Below, one piece after another: positions 54,965 through 64,000 of a DNA stretch of 64,000 nt. This DNA is from a virus (lineage: Duplodnaviria > Caudoviricetes). Location of the stretch: positions 1-64,000 of the IMG/VR virus record IMGVR_UViG_638275558_000001, one strand, 5' to 3'. Positions within the stretch are counted from its first letter, which is position 1. Each line of letters begins with the position of its first letter. A program made the position numbers and the translations under genes. The notes beneath the pieces were generated by a model, which was not told the DNA's origin, searched no databases, and saw only the letters and a list, made by a program, of their open reading frames with translations.

Positions 54965-56341
54965 ATGCCACTGAGTAGAGACATCATAAATCGAATCAAA
55001 GAGAAACAGGATACTCTCAGAGAGAATATTACCTACAGCGCAAAGCTTCTCAAGAAGATTACAGAAACCAACCTTCAGAAATTCTTTTCAGAGACGCTTA
55101 CATGGGGGATAAGGGAAGCCAAAAACCTTGTACTGGCACAACTTCCTCCTGAATACAGAACTCAAAATCTAAACAACCCCACACTTACTCTTCACTGGTT
55201 TACCTTCAATTTCAATCCCTTTGTTTACAAACGCGAAGTTAAAAGCAAACTTTATGATTCTCCGACTCCCAAGGTTTATCCTCTTAAAAGCCATGATTAT
55301 GGGTATAGAACGGAGCTTTTGAGTGGGTCTCCGGTTCCTGCTCCCAACCTTCGCTATATTGTCAGATACAATCCTGAAACCGATCGTCTTGAAGCTCGCA
55401 CGGTGGATATTACCACCGAAGAAGGAATCAGATATGTGTGGGGTGCGTCGGGTAATATTCCTCAGGATACGCTCGAGTTTACATCGCTACGTGGTCTTGG
55501 TAAAGACGATATGATCGATCTGGCTCAGAGCGGCGTTCCCTATGAGAACTCGCTGGTGCAGCTTTTCCGAAACAGAGCTTCCATTGGGTTTCAGTATGAT
55601 GAAGACCTTCGCAAACCCATTCAGGTGGATCGTATCAATATGGAAGGATTTACTCAGAACGAATCGGAGATTATCAATGATTATGTTACGTTCTATTTCA
55701 AGAGCGTAGTGAGCGGCTGGATATGTCAGTTCAGAGCTTTTATCAACAGTTTTGGTGAATCCACCAACGCTTCATACAACACTCAGGATTATATCTTCAA
55801 CATCATCAAAATGTATTCGTATATCAATGTAGAGACCACCTATAACATTTCGTTCACCCTGTTTCCTATGAGTAAGCAGGAGCTTTCAAAAATATGGGGT
55901 AAGCTCTCATTTCTCAAAGCACACCTGTTTCCGGCAAAGCGGGTAACACCCGGCGGCAACTTTGTACCTCCGGTACTTGAAGTAACGCTTGGCAACGTCT
56001 GGAGAAAAAGGAAGGTGCTTCTTACTTCTCTCAATATCTCATTCGGGGAAGATACCGTATGGGAACTGGATCCAGGTATGCAACTTCCCCAGTGGATCAA
56101 AGTGGATCTGAATTTGATTTTGCTGTACGAACAGAATATTACCACGGAAGACTGGCTTCAAAACCGCGTTAAAATGTTCGATTATACGACAAACAAGCCG
56201 CCTTCTACGCTTGCCGCCTCCGACTCCATGATCGATCCCGCAACAGGCGTGGCACTTGACATTTCGACGTTCAAATACCCGGAACCCGAAAGTTTTAACC
56301 TGAAACTTGCAAAACTCGATATACTTAAAAACCTTGGATAA
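54965..56341 (+). CDS. Baseplate / tail-tube initiator-like protein (gp48/gp54-like)
   Basis: FRAFINSF...YNISFTLFP...PPVLEVTLGN...LTSLNISF...WE tube-fold pattern. Confidence 0.55.
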   Translation: MPLSRDIINRIKEKQDTLRENITYSAKLLKKITETNLQKFFSETLTWGIREAKNLVLAQLPPEYRTQNLNNPTLTLHWFTFNFNPFVYKREVKSKLYDSPTPKVYPLKSHDYGYRTELLSGSPVPAPNLRYIVRYNPETDRLEARTVDITTEEGIRYVWGASGNIPQDTLEFTSLRGLGKDDMIDLAQSGVPYENSLVQLFRNRASIGFQYDEDLRKPIQVDRINMEGFTQNESEIINDYVTFYFKSVVSGWICQFRAFINSFGESTNASYNTQDYIFNIIKMYSYINVETTYNISFTLFPMSKQELSKIWGKLSFLKAHLFPAKRVTPGGNFVPPVLEVTLGNVWRKRKVLLTSLNISFGEDTVWELDPGMQLPQWIKVDLNLILLYEQNITTEDWLQNRVKMFDYTTNKPPSTLAASDSMIDPATGVALDISTFKYPEPESFNLKLAKLDILKNLG

Positions 56342-56344
56342 ATT

Positions 56345-56563
56345 ATGAAAGTATATTCTTTTTCGGGAACGCGACGCGCTCAGAACATAGCCGTACAGGA
56401 ATATGGAGATTACTCCTACTGGCAAGATATGCTGCTTGCAAACGGTATTTACTCCGGATCGATCATTCCCCCGTATGTTCCGTCGCTTTCCATTTACACC
56501 CCGGAGGAACTCGAGAACCGTCTGGTAGATAAATACCATATTCCCGATCTGAAATATTTTTAA
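56345..56563 (+). CDS. LysM-like baseplate protein (gp53/gpX-like)
   Basis: IAVQEYGDYSYWQDMLLANG motif. Confidence 0.7.
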   Translation: MKVYSFSGTRRAQNIAVQEYGDYSYWQDMLLANGIYSGSIIPPYVPSLSIYTPEELENRLVDKYHIPDLKYF

Positions 56564-56566
56564 CCT

Positions 56567-59419
56567 ATGCTGATAAGAAGCCTGCACCCTTCCGTTGTAA
56601 AGTATATCAGACAATTTGCTTCGACATCGACGGTTCAGAAGATTTCCGCAAGGCTTGTGTTCATGGTGCGCGTGAGAGACGCCGCACCTTTCAGAGCGTA
56701 CAACATTGTCTTAAACAACATAAATTTCTATACCATTGAAAACGAAATCACTCCTGATCTCCAGTCGTACTACGATTATCTTCCGGCTCCAGCTATTCTT
56801 TCGGTGGACGTCGATCCGGCTCCTGACGGGATATACGGTATGATGGCGCGTGCCACCGTCAATGTGCGTTGCTTTTCTCTCAAACAACTTCGGGAACTGG
56901 AGTGGAGCCTGTTTCCGGGAATTACGGCGCTCATTGAAGTAGTGCGCACAAACAATGAAATTCCCGTGGATTTTATTTCTGATCGCTATGTGCGAAATCC
57001 TTCGCTTCTGAAAGACATTCTTTTTAGCCCGCAATCGGTAATCAAACTCCATGAGAGAGATGAAGGCAATAGGATATTTTTCCCCGGAATACTTAAAAGA
57101 ACAAATGTTTCGTATAACAACAATACCTTTGACATTACCTTTGAGTTTAGTAATTTTAGTATAGCTTCCGTATTTTTTTCTCGAAACTACGATATTAAGG
57201 ATGTAGAGACGGCTCGAAAAACGCTGGCTGGTTTCTACAATGAGCGCTGGAGTACGCTTTCCAGCCAGAAGAAAGTCAGATCGGGTCAGGATCTGAACCT
57301 TGACAGAACCTATCAGATGTTCGGTGGGGGGAATAAAGCATTTCCCGCCGAAAAGGGTATTGAAGTGGGCGTGGGTACTCATTTCGATACAGGCGACAAA
57401 ACTTTCGCCCCTTCGCTTCCTTCCAACACCTTCGAGTCGCTGGAATATATTCGTTTTGAAGATTTCCTGAAGGAAATTCTGATTCCCTATATTCGGGACA
57501 CCTACCCGGAAGATGTTCCTCCGGAAATGGCAATTCTACCGATCGACATAGACAACTCCTATATGTTCATTCATAAACACTTGAGAACCAACAACGTAGA
57601 TATCATTTTCCCAACCGAATACATGGTGTTCGATTCTACGAATATGACGCCGGATTACATTATGGGATTTTCAGATTATGAGGATCATGCAGAGTGGTTC
57701 GAGAAGAATTTCGGGAAACCTTACACCCGTCACCCGATTGGATCAGTTGGTAAAGTGGGGAAAGTGATGTTGGCTCGAAAGTATCTTTCCGAACTGATCG
57801 GAGAATTCGAACGCGGCGACGACAAGCCGTTCAGTTTCATTATTGATAGAATCATTCAGGATATAATAAAATCCACCTATGGCTTTTCTCAGCTTTTCCT
57901 GATGAAGGTGGGAGAGCAATACGTCATTTATGATAATAGACTTCTGGATGTAGAGACGCCTGTTCAGCAGGTGGAAAACAAATCCCGTCTTGAACCGGAA
58001 GAAATCAAGATATGGGAACTTCACGACATCAGCTATACGCTGGATATTCCTGAATATCTTGCGATGGCGGTAATGATGAAGCGTCTTTCAGACTCGCTGA
58101 ATACCTACGTCAACGATCCAGTGGATTTCCTTATTCCCGGTTCCGTTGAGGATGTGGTGCTGAAGACGCTTACCGGAGAGCGTGTGAAAGGAACCGCGCT
58201 GGAAGATACCACGGAAAGTTCGGATGTGGTTGTTACCAAGGTGAACCTGAGCGCTGAAGTAATCCGTGCACTCATGAACAATCCCAATTTCAGAGCGCTC
58301 ATGAATGTAATCAAAGAAAATGAATCGGGGGGCAACTACGAAGCCATTGAAATAGAACATATTATAGCAAAACACGGAAGTTATGATAACGCTTTTGCGC
58401 TGGCGCGGCTGGCGAACACCCGCTTTGCGCGGGGTAAAGTGTGGTATCGGGTAAGAGGCGATCAGAAAGAGGAAATTACCGGAGAGCTTGTAAGAAAGGT
58501 CGAACAGGCTTCCAGCTTCAGCGATCTGGTTACGCACCCGTTCGTCGATGTGCCGAAATCTCAGGTGTCGCTTCCGGTTTCTCCCGGAAGATATACCACC
58601 GCCTGTGGCGCTTACCAGTTTACGGAAACAACATGGCGGTGGATCGAGAGAGAGTACGCCGATCTGTGGCGGGAGCTTAGTAAGAAAGCGGATGTGGCGG
58701 TGGATTCCGCCGGAAATGAAATGGTGGTTACCGGTCTTCCACCCGCTACGGTATATGAATATCAGGCGGTTGTCGACACTACCGTTCAGTCTCGAATTGT
58801 GGTTCCTCCCACCCCCGTCAATCAGGATTACATGGTGGCAATTTATCTCACGATCATTCTCAACAACGCAAACCTTACCGAAGAAGAGTGGAATCTGTTT
58901 TTGAACGAAGGATTCGGGTTTAAGCGTGAGGAAATAGTTAAAGAAAAACTTACCACCCATTTTGCTTCCCTCAGAAAAGTCAATCTCAATGCTTCAATCA
59001 GAAGAGACGCGTTTGAGCGCAAAGGAAATGTCAGTACATTTTTGAGTATAAAACATAAGGATCTGAGCGAAACAAAAAGTGTTAAATCTATTACATTTGA
59101 TGTAACGAAGGTTGACGATAGATATGTAGCCTACATTCCCATGCACCTGTCAACCTATTACAAAGTGCTTCTTTATATGGGCACGCTCCCGGAAAGACAG
59201 CGGGGGAAGGGTGCTCAGTATCTGACCGGTATTACACTCAACATAACGGTTCCGGGTAATTCGCTCTGGAGGATTTTTGACACGTTCAAAATAGAAGGTA
59301 TTCCCGAAATCTATTATGAAAACGGCTATTTCATTGTAACGAAAATCTCCCACAACATATCAGGCGGAACATGGACCACCGGGGTTACGGCAAAATACTT
59401 TTACACGGGCAAAACGTAA
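56567..59419 (+). CDS. Baseplate hub protein with an inserted lambda-lysozyme (lytic transglycosylase) domain
   Basis: ALMNVIKENES...HP...TACGAYQFTETTW...NQD; C-term YFIVTKISHNISGGTWTT is hub-like. Confidence 0.7.
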   Translation: MLIRSLHPSVVKYIRQFASTSTVQKISARLVFMVRVRDAAPFRAYNIVLNNINFYTIENEITPDLQSYYDYLPAPAILSVDVDPAPDGIYGMMARATVNVRCFSLKQLRELEWSLFPGITALIEVVRTNNEIPVDFISDRYVRNPSLLKDILFSPQSVIKLHERDEGNRIFFPGILKRTNVSYNNNTFDITFEFSNFSIASVFFSRNYDIKDVETARKTLAGFYNERWSTLSSQKKVRSGQDLNLDRTYQMFGGGNKAFPAEKGIEVGVGTHFDTGDKTFAPSLPSNTFESLEYIRFEDFLKEILIPYIRDTYPEDVPPEMAILPIDIDNSYMFIHKHLRTNNVDIIFPTEYMVFDSTNMTPDYIMGFSDYEDHAEWFEKNFGKPYTRHPIGSVGKVGKVMLARKYLSELIGEFERGDDKPFSFIIDRIIQDIIKSTYGFSQLFLMKVGEQYVIYDNRLLDVETPVQQVENKSRLEPEEIKIWELHDISYTLDIPEYLAMAVMMKRLSDSLNTYVNDPVDFLIPGSVEDVVLKTLTGERVKGTALEDTTESSDVVVTKVNLSAEVIRALMNNPNFRALMNVIKENESGGNYEAIEIEHIIAKHGSYDNAFALARLANTRFARGKVWYRVRGDQKEEITGELVRKVEQASSFSDLVTHPFVDVPKSQVSLPVSPGRYTTACGAYQFTETTWRWIEREYADLWRELSKKADVAVDSAGNEMVVTGLPPATVYEYQAVVDTTVQSRIVVPPTPVNQDYMVAIYLTIILNNANLTEEEWNLFLNEGFGFKREEIVKEKLTTHFASLRKVNLNASIRRDAFERKGNVSTFLSIKHKDLSETKSVKSITFDVTKVDDRYVAYIPMHLSTYYKVLLYMGTLPERQRGKGAQYLTGITLNITVPGNSLWRIFDTFKIEGIPEIYYENGYFIVTKISHNISGGTWTTGVTAKYFYTGKT

Positions 59420-59428
59420 AAAAAAACT

Positions 59429-60130
59429 ATGAGCAAGTACTTTCTAAAACCAACTTCTTACGCTTCCGACGTTTATCTTGCACCACACGTTCCCGAACTG
59501 GAATACGTTCCAAAGGAACTGATAAAAGGGTTTGACATGCTCCTCAACTGGATCAGTGCACTGGAAACAAATCATCTGTTTTACAGCGCAATCAACTATC
59601 TGGCTAAAGATTACCATGTAAAGAAACACCGCGAATATGTGATCCATTTCATTTATCCTAAATTCAATCTTTCGGAAAAGGATTATCCAGAAAAAGATGA
59701 AGATTCCCTTATTATGCTTCCCGATCACCCTTTTGCTCGGCACCGCAAAGAGGAAATCTTAAAACCATTTAAGGGTAGATATCTTGCGTTTACCGCTTCC
59801 GGAAGATATCAGTTTATTCGATCCACATGGAAACATCTTGTAATGAATTATCACACTCAGAAAATTACCGCCTTTTCTTCGCTAAATCAGGATTATCTTG
59901 CGCTGTGTCTTGTAAGGGAAGCCTTAATGCGCGTTAAGGCAACGGGGAATAAACGGTATATGAACCTCTGGGAGTATTTTATAGACTACGGATATATTCA
60001 TTTCGATGAATTCATGCACCATAAACAGGTAGTATATGCCCTTTCAATGGTATGGGAAGCTTTCCAGAAATTTCCTGAGGGGCTTCAGAGTGATGAATTT
60101 ATTAAAGAATATGAAAAGCTCTATCGCTGA
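59429..60130 (+). CDS. Lambda-R-type lysozyme / endolysin
   Basis: ISALET, PDHP, TASGRYQFIRSTW, FSSLNQD, WEAF. Confidence 0.8.
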   Translation: MSKYFLKPTSYASDVYLAPHVPELEYVPKELIKGFDMLLNWISALETNHLFYSAINYLAKDYHVKKHREYVIHFIYPKFNLSEKDYPEKDEDSLIMLPDHPFARHRKEEILKPFKGRYLAFTASGRYQFIRSTWKHLVMNYHTQKITAFSSLNQDYLALCLVREALMRVKATGNKRYMNLWEYFIDYGYIHFDEFMHHKQVVYALSMVWEAFQKFPEGLQSDEFIKEYEKLYR

Positions 60131-61323
60131 CGAGTTTCTGTTACATACCCCGTCGATTTGATCTGCATAATCGCTTCTCTTCTGGTAGAGTCGTACAGGA
60201 TAGAAGTCTCATGATCCATGTAACCCAACTCTCCGGCTTTTTCATGAAGGATACCGCTCAGCGTCTGCGCCAGGTTCGAGTTGGGAAGAATACCCGGCGT
60301 GATTTCGATAAGATATTTTCCTCCCTGTTTCGATCCGTTGAGTTTGCCGCCCCCAAGACCAAATTCCCGCAAAACAGATTTCAACCTTTCGACGTTAATT
60401 TCTTTGCTTTGAGCCGTAACGTATATCGAGATCGTATTCCGCTCTTTTTCCTGCTGGTATTTGTGGTTGAACACCACTTCGATCTTTTCAGGGGTTTCAA
60501 AAGCAGTTTGCAGTCTGGAGACAAAACGCTCAAGTACCGGAATGCGGAGCGCGGCTTTTACAAGTTGACGCGTTCCCTTCTTCTGGATAATTTTGTGAGA
60601 GCGCTGAATGATGAATGAAAGATGCTGAAGCACTTCCACAGTGAATTCGGCAATGCTTTCGTCTACTTCGGCAAGCTGATCGTCGGGTAAATTGTCGGCT
60701 TCTTCCAGCGATTGATAAAGTGCGTTAATGTATTGCCTTACTTCATCAGGGATATAGAAATGCATGACCGGCTCAACTCTGAAAGGTAGCGTGCCGTAAA
60801 AAAGTACGGCATGACCGTTTTCTCTGTTAATTTCGATCATGGTGGTACCGATATTCTGTAAATAATTACCTTCAATCGGCACCCTTCTTTTGGACGCCCG
60901 CTCCAGAGGAATCTCCATCTCCTCCTGTTCGATTTCTTCCTCTTCTTCCTCCTCTTCTTCCTGAGCTAAAACAAGCATGTCATCTTCTTCTTCCTCGACA
61001 TAAGCAGGCTCACCGGTGGTCTTGAAGAATTGGAGCGTAATGATTGCCACCTCTTGCGGCTGAGGAAGTCTGATCACACCACCTTCTCCCCACCCCGGCG
61101 GCGGCTCAAAACCCATGCGAATCAGCGCTTGCATTTCCTCCGGGGTTGGAGCCGGAAGTTCCATACCCCCTTCGGTAATCTGACAGATAATTGAAAGCTC
61201 CGGGGGATTGATGCGCCTTACGTAAACGATGCGATCGTAAGGGCTGTACGCACCGACGTATTCGTGCTCCTGCAAAGTGGAAAAATAGGAAAGAAATGTC
61301 TGTATTCCCTTTAGCGGATTCAT
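60121..61323 (-). CDS. Hypothetical protein with a poly-Glu linker (late promoter)
   Basis: 400-aa ORF; TATTTAAAAGAAAATG context. Confidence 0.75.
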   Translation of the reverse strand: MNPLKGIQTFLSYFSTLQEHEYVGAYSPYDRIVYVRRINPPELSIICQITEGGMELPAPTPEEMQALIRMGFEPPPGWGEGGVIRLPQPQEVAIITLQFFKTTGEPAYVEEEEDDMLVLAQEEEEEEEEEIEQEEMEIPLERASKRRVPIEGNYLQNIGTTMIEINRENGHAVLFYGTLPFRVEPVMHFYIPDEVRQYINALYQSLEEADNLPDDQLAEVDESIAEFTVEVLQHLSFIIQRSHKIIQKKGTRQLVKAALRIPVLERFVSRLQTAFETPEKIEVVFNHKYQQEKERNTISIYVTAQSKEINVERLKSVLREFGLGGGKLNGSKQGGKYLIEITPGILPNSNLAQTLSGILHEKAGELGYMDHETSILYDSTRREAIMQIKSTGYVTETRQR

Positions 61324-61329
61324 TTTCTT

Positions 61330-61662
61330 TTAAATATATGCTTCTTCAGGAACAAGCGAAATGGTGGGAGGAGACGTGATTCGGGAAAAATCTTTAAATT
61401 CATAATCATTCCCACGATACAGTAGATATGGAGAGATTCCCCCTACAGGCAAAGGTGGTGTGGGTTTTCTTGGGGGAGTACCACCGCCGCCGGGTTCATC
61501 TTCATCGTCATCCATATCTTTGTTTCTTTTTCCACCAAACAGATTTTGGCGGTATTTTGCCTCGAAAATAATTTCAATAATGTAGTAAAGAACAACGCAC
61601 ATGACGATACAGGCGAGCAGAAAAACGCTGACGACAAATATGTACTGGATCAGGTACTCCAT
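61330..61662 (-). CDS. Single-pass membrane protein with an acidic/Pro-rich tail
   Basis: N-terminal TM helix; DDDEDEPGGGGTPP. Confidence 0.7.
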   Translation of the reverse strand: MEYLIQYIFVVSVFLLACIVMCVVLYYIIEIIFEAKYRQNLFGGKRNKDMDDDEDEPGGGGTPPRKPTPPLPVGGISPYLLYRGNDYEFKDFSRITSPPTISLVPEEAYI

Positions 61663-62342
61663 GTTACAAACCGTTCAAAACAACTTTTACATACGGGTTT
61701 ATAATGGCTTACCTCCGGCACAATTAAATAAGGGTCTTCCAGAGGGTTCAGGTAACCCATTCCCCTCAAATCCACACTTCCATTCACAAATCGTATGTTG
61801 TATTGCGTTGGATTACCGCACTCACAACGACTGGAAATGTTTATTTTAATGGGATTGTATTTTTCTTCGATCTGTTTCCATACCGGAAATTCTCTTCCAA
61901 GATAGTCGGTTCTGAGACCGCTGAGCACCACTTCTATTTTCCACGAAAAAATAAATTCGATCTCTTCAGGTGTTGCAAACTGGAATTCATCAACGGCTAT
62001 GAGCGAACACCTACCGGTTTTAAGCTGGAGATATTCGGCTTCATAAAATGTGGGGTTTTGAATGAAGTCGGTAAGATTGTAAACGCAAGAATGGGTAAAT
62101 CCGCTTCGAGATTTCAAGGTAGGGGAATAGCCGTAAATGCTTCCGGGTTTAAAGACAAGATAATCGTCAAAGTTTTCTAAAAGTTTTATAAGAAAATGAG
62201 TTTTACCCGATGCCATCGCCCCGTTGATGACGGTAACGGAGCGGGTTGAGCGTTCCTTCAGAAATTTTATAACAGCCTTATCCAGTTCGATATTGTGCAG
62301 GGTGGTATCTCCGGAAAGCGTCTCAGGGAAATCGTACTTCAT
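61650..62342 (-). CDS. tdk: Thymidine kinase
   Basis: GAMASGKT, VDEFQF, SGLRTDY, CECG...CKSC. Confidence 0.9.
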   Translation of the reverse strand: MKYDFPETLSGDTTLHNIELDKAVIKFLKERSTRSVTVINGAMASGKTHFLIKLLENFDDYLVFKPGSIYGYSPTLKSRSGFTHSCVYNLTDFIQNPTFYEAEYLQLKTGRCSLIAVDEFQFATPEEIEFIFSWKIEVVLSGLRTDYLGREFPVWKQIEEKYNPIKINISSRCECGNPTQYNIRFVNGSVDLRGMGYLNPLEDPYLIVPEVSHYKPVCKSCFERFVTWST

Positions 62343-63031
62343 AGTTGATTTATTTTTAAGCCGAAGTCTCTGACCACAAGGGGTTTGTCATCGGTTCTAC
62401 CCCAGTTGTCGATCAGGGTAAAATCCTCACCCAGCAGATTGAATTGCCGAATCAGCCTTACGGTTTCCCGGATTACAGGATTTTTAAGAACGGTGAAGTA
62501 AAAAGTGTGCCTATCTTCTACGCTTACGTTGTCAAGCGTGAGTCTATTAATGGCATTTCCAAATATATCGGCAAAACGCCTATCATAAGCAGAAACCACC
62601 TCGAAACCCTCGAACGTTGCGTCTTCCCGTAAGTAGCGTTTCCGGATAAACCCTTCAATCAGAACACTATAAACATCAAAGTCAATATCAGCGACACTTT
62701 CAAAATAGGCTTCATTGACAGGTGCGACAAATTCGGTGATTAGAACCCCACCTTCTTTGAAAACCTGAGCGTAGTCGACGGCGATTTCACTTCCTGACCT
62801 ACGCACCACCTCATATTCGGTAATGTTCTGTTTGATTCCATTGTCATTATGAGCAATTTTCAAAACCAGTTCGGTGTCGGGTATTCTGAATACTTCTCTC
62901 CCTCTTCCCCTTTTGACGGGTTCAAGGTATTTCTTTTGAGCCAGAAGGTAAGCCGCGCGAAGCGGGTTTTCACTTCGCTGAAAGTAAGTCAGAATATCCC
63001 GGAGCGTGTCTGTTTCTTTTAAGGTTATCAT
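62339..63031 (-). CDS. Protein-kinase-like fold protein
   Basis: GRGREVF, VLKIA, QNITE, D..LIDNWG, VVRDFG. Confidence 0.7.
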   Translation of the reverse strand: MITLKETDTLRDILTYFQRSENPLRAAYLLAQKKYLEPVKRGRGREVFRIPDTELVLKIAHNDNGIKQNITEYEVVRRSGSEIAVDYAQVFKEGGVLITEFVAPVNEAYFESVADIDFDVYSVLIEGFIRKRYLREDATFEGFEVVSAYDRRFADIFGNAINRLTLDNVSVEDRHTFYFTVLKNPVIRETVRLIRQFNLLGEDFTLIDNWGRTDDKPLVVRDFGLKINQL

Positions 63032-63034
63032 AGG

Positions 63035-63979
63035 CTAATCCAGTGTTATATCATACATGATTTGTGCGGCAACCACTTCTTTAAAATATTCAACGAAATC
63101 TCTGTCGTCTCTAACGTCCTTTAAATACTTTTCTATTTCCGGTTTTACATATTCAAAAAACTCATCCATAATAACTTGTTTGATAAATAATGTAAAATGA
63201 TCCCCCTCTTCATCCATATTGAGTTTGTTAATGATAACACCATAAGCAATTCGTATAAAGGTTTGTACATCTATTACGTGGCGAAGGTCTTTCTGAATAA
63301 GGATATTTTCTATCTTATGCTTTATTGGAAAATATCCGGAAAGAAACCGAATCGCTTCCTCAAGATTTTTGCTGACAAAAGCTATAATATCGCTCTGCAG
63401 TTTTCGCAAAATATAATGATAATGTGCATCTTCGATTTTATAATAAGCCGCATCTCTGAGATAATCGTATATCTGATCCGCGATATTAAGATGATCTATT
63501 GCTTCCTTTATGGCTTTTGCTTTGAAATTTCTGTCAAAGAAAATTGGGTGTTGCCTTCTTTCCTCTTCTTCAAATTTACGTACAACATATTGTGCGATCG
63601 GATTTAAATGATCTTGCCCGTAATGATAAGCCGCGAATCTTATGACATTTGACCAGAAATATTCGATTTGGGGAGGAAAAAGCACATTTATTAGACTGGT
63701 TCCACCGTATTCTTCATAAAGAAAAGAGCGAACACACCAGCGGATAATGTCTTCGTTATTTTTATAATCCGACAGAATCAAATAAACCTGATTGGTGGGA
63801 TCGAAGCCGCCAAGTACATCTCGAGTCAATTTTGAGATTGTCTCTTTCAGTTCAAAAGAAGGGGTGGTTTCTTTTAGCAGGAATATCATTCCGTCCCCGC
63901 GGGGTATTTTACCTTCGTGGATGTAAAAATAGTAGTACATTTCACGGGTTACAATGATATTCCAGAGAGGAGTAGCCAC
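63035..63979 (-). CDS. Hypothetical protein (start uncertain, may lie beyond the window)
   Basis: 314-aa ORF near the window edge. Confidence 0.65.
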   Translation of the reverse strand: MATPLWNIIVTREMYYYFYIHEGKIPRGDGMIFLLKETTPSFELKETISKLTRDVLGGFDPTNQVYLILSDYKNNEDIIRWCVRSFLYEEYGGTSLINVLFPPQIEYFWSNVIRFAAYHYGQDHLNPIAQYVVRKFEEEERRQHPIFFDRNFKAKAIKEAIDHLNIADQIYDYLRDAAYYKIEDAHYHYILRKLQSDIIAFVSKNLEEAIRFLSGYFPIKHKIENILIQKDLRHVIDVQTFIRIAYGVIINKLNMDEEGDHFTLFIKQVIMDEFFEYVKPEIEKYLKDVRDDRDFVEYFKEVVAAQIMYDITLD

Positions 63980-64000
63980 CCATTGATAAACTTCGTCATC

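Overview
About 64 kb of a large, fairly AT-rich myovirus with T4-like structural genes. From recall of gene content and protein sizes it looks like the thermophilic Rhodothermus phage RM378; this was not verified by search. It encodes portal, terminase large subunit, tail sheath and tube, gp25/gp6/gp26/gp5/gp15-like baseplate and tail proteins, two lambda-type lysozyme domains, a DnaB-like helicase, a gp55-like late sigma, a 5'-3' exonuclease, a stand-alone family-B 3'-5' exonuclease, a Rad52/Sak annealase, class II RNR, thymidine kinase, four glycosyltransferases, patatin, tRNA-Arg(UCU) and two decayed IS200/IS605 (tnpB) elements. The most unusual items are: (1) an 18-gene array of small divergent ORFs at 40.1-44.6 kb sharing an M-[YFW]-x-hydrophobic-[KR] N-terminus and a recurring TGATATGTA-type junction; (2) a Csx20/Csx15-like putative cOA ring nuclease directly behind a strong sigma70 early promoter; (3) 80-bp tandem repeats next to an AEP/PriCT primase, a candidate origin; (4) a dispersed 30-bp motif in four copies; (5) a TATTTAA late-promoter regulon; (6) a probable programmed frameshift between gp26-like and gp51-like ORFs. 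All family calls come from motifs read by eye.
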